A stretch of DNA of 64,000 nucleotides, taken from NCBI GenBank assembly GCA_964035545.1, contig OZ037766.1:7368722-7432721 (forward strand), given 5' to 3'. The notes under the pieces are model-generated. The model ran no database searches, had not been told where the DNA came from, and saw nothing but the letters and a program-made list of their open reading frames with translations. The translations under genes and the position numbers were made by a program. Below, one piece after another: positions 62,801-64,000 of this stretch (the first letter of the stretch is position 1; every line of letters starts with the position of its first letter). This DNA comes from Bugula neritina (Eukaryota > Animalia > Bryozoa).

Positions 62801-64000
62801 TATGTACATAAATGTTCAAACAGATACAATGCCAGCATGTGAGCGTACATCCGTTACAGATTATATTTATGATGCTGAATTTTTACCATGAAAACTTAGA
62901 TAATAGAATTGTATCAAGAGTATCATGGTGTGAATCAAGCTAAAACAAACCAGTTGTAGCAATTTGCACTTGATGGTTTATTAACACTTTGACTAATAAA
63001 TAAATGTTGCTGTGGTAGTCTTGGTGACTGAGAACAACAAATTATGAGCAAAAAGTGTTAAAATCCTACAAACATTACGCCCTGGCCAATGATTGGATTA
63101 GAGCTGATGATGTCATAGGTAACTGTCACTGTTGAGTAAATTGTAATATTGTTGTGTCATCTTGCAAAATATGCCCTGAATATCGCACTCAATGTTTTCT
63201 GCTTGGTTATCTTTGTAGCTATTTACAAGTACGTTTTATATTTCACAAATACGTATGCTACTTTCATAGATAAGTAATTTGCTTTGGATTGATTCAAGTT
63301 CAAATTTTGGCAATTTGTTAGGTGGTGAAGCAATTTGTGGGAAAATATTTATTGTTTTATTGATTGCTTGCAGATTAAAATATTATGAGGCTGAGCCTGA
63401 AATTAATCTGTCACATGAATAGGATTGACTTGTGTACAATAATATAGGTTTAAGTTAATATGGATAAATTAGTGGAAGACAAAACTAAAGCAAAAACAAT
63501 CAGACAAATACTTTTTGTACTTGGTATGCTCTAAACAAAAAATAATTATATAGTTTGTAGCTGTAATCAAAGACCTGTCTTATTAGAATTCCTTTATGTT
63601 GGTTCGGAATGGCAATAAATTCTTGCCAATGCATTTATTGTTTTCTTGCAGCAAATAAATTTACCACAAAAAGAATCAAAGCATATATACAGACTTTTCT
63701 AAGTGGCAAAAAATTACTCTTGGAATTAGTCTAAAGTGAAGGTGCAGACACTTTTGTTTTTTCCTGGTTTGTTGGTAAATAATTTTCTGCTGGGTATATA
63801 ATATAATCTTGCTAAATTAGGTTTTTAAATAATAAAAATGGAATAGCTCAATTAAAATTGAATTAAAATTTTATAAAAAGACAATATGTCTGCTTTATTA
63901 TTTAATTTATTTGTACCCATCTAGGCAAATCAAGTGTCCGTAATTTTCAGCTCACATGACAAAAGAATGTAATTAAACTAAATGGATTAGCTCAGTAAAC

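Overview
AT-rich invertebrate animal genomic DNA with spliceosomal introns; no prokaryotic features. (1) 1-20.2 kb: four tandem, same-strand, two-exon genes for small Cys-containing, probably secreted proteins resembling highly divergent IL-17-type cystine-knot cytokines. All share a phase-2 intron at about the same position, and the ORF track splits or misses their exons. An RTE LINE fragment, tRNA-Thr-derived SINEs and microsatellites lie between them. (2) 22,756-32,036: a young, intact Ty3/Gypsy retrotransposon on the minus strand with an unusual two-unit layout: LTR-A / PBS / small cargo unit / PPT / LTR-B (a different 927-bp LTR) / second identical PBS / gag, -1 frameshift pol, zinc-finger ORF / PPT / LTR-A, with a 4-bp TSD. 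This is the most striking object in the window. Its layout predicts two circularly permuted forms (A-flanked and B-flanked). (3) 33.8-40.7 kb: AMT (glycine cleavage T protein, 9 coding exons, +) and SEC61G (3 coding exons, -), tail to tail. (4) 41-64 kb: repeat-rich DNA with a TTAA/Kolobok-type MITE, a foldback element, decayed exon-like remnants and a candidate 76-aa acidic repeat microprotein gene. All calls were made by eye; no database searches were run.
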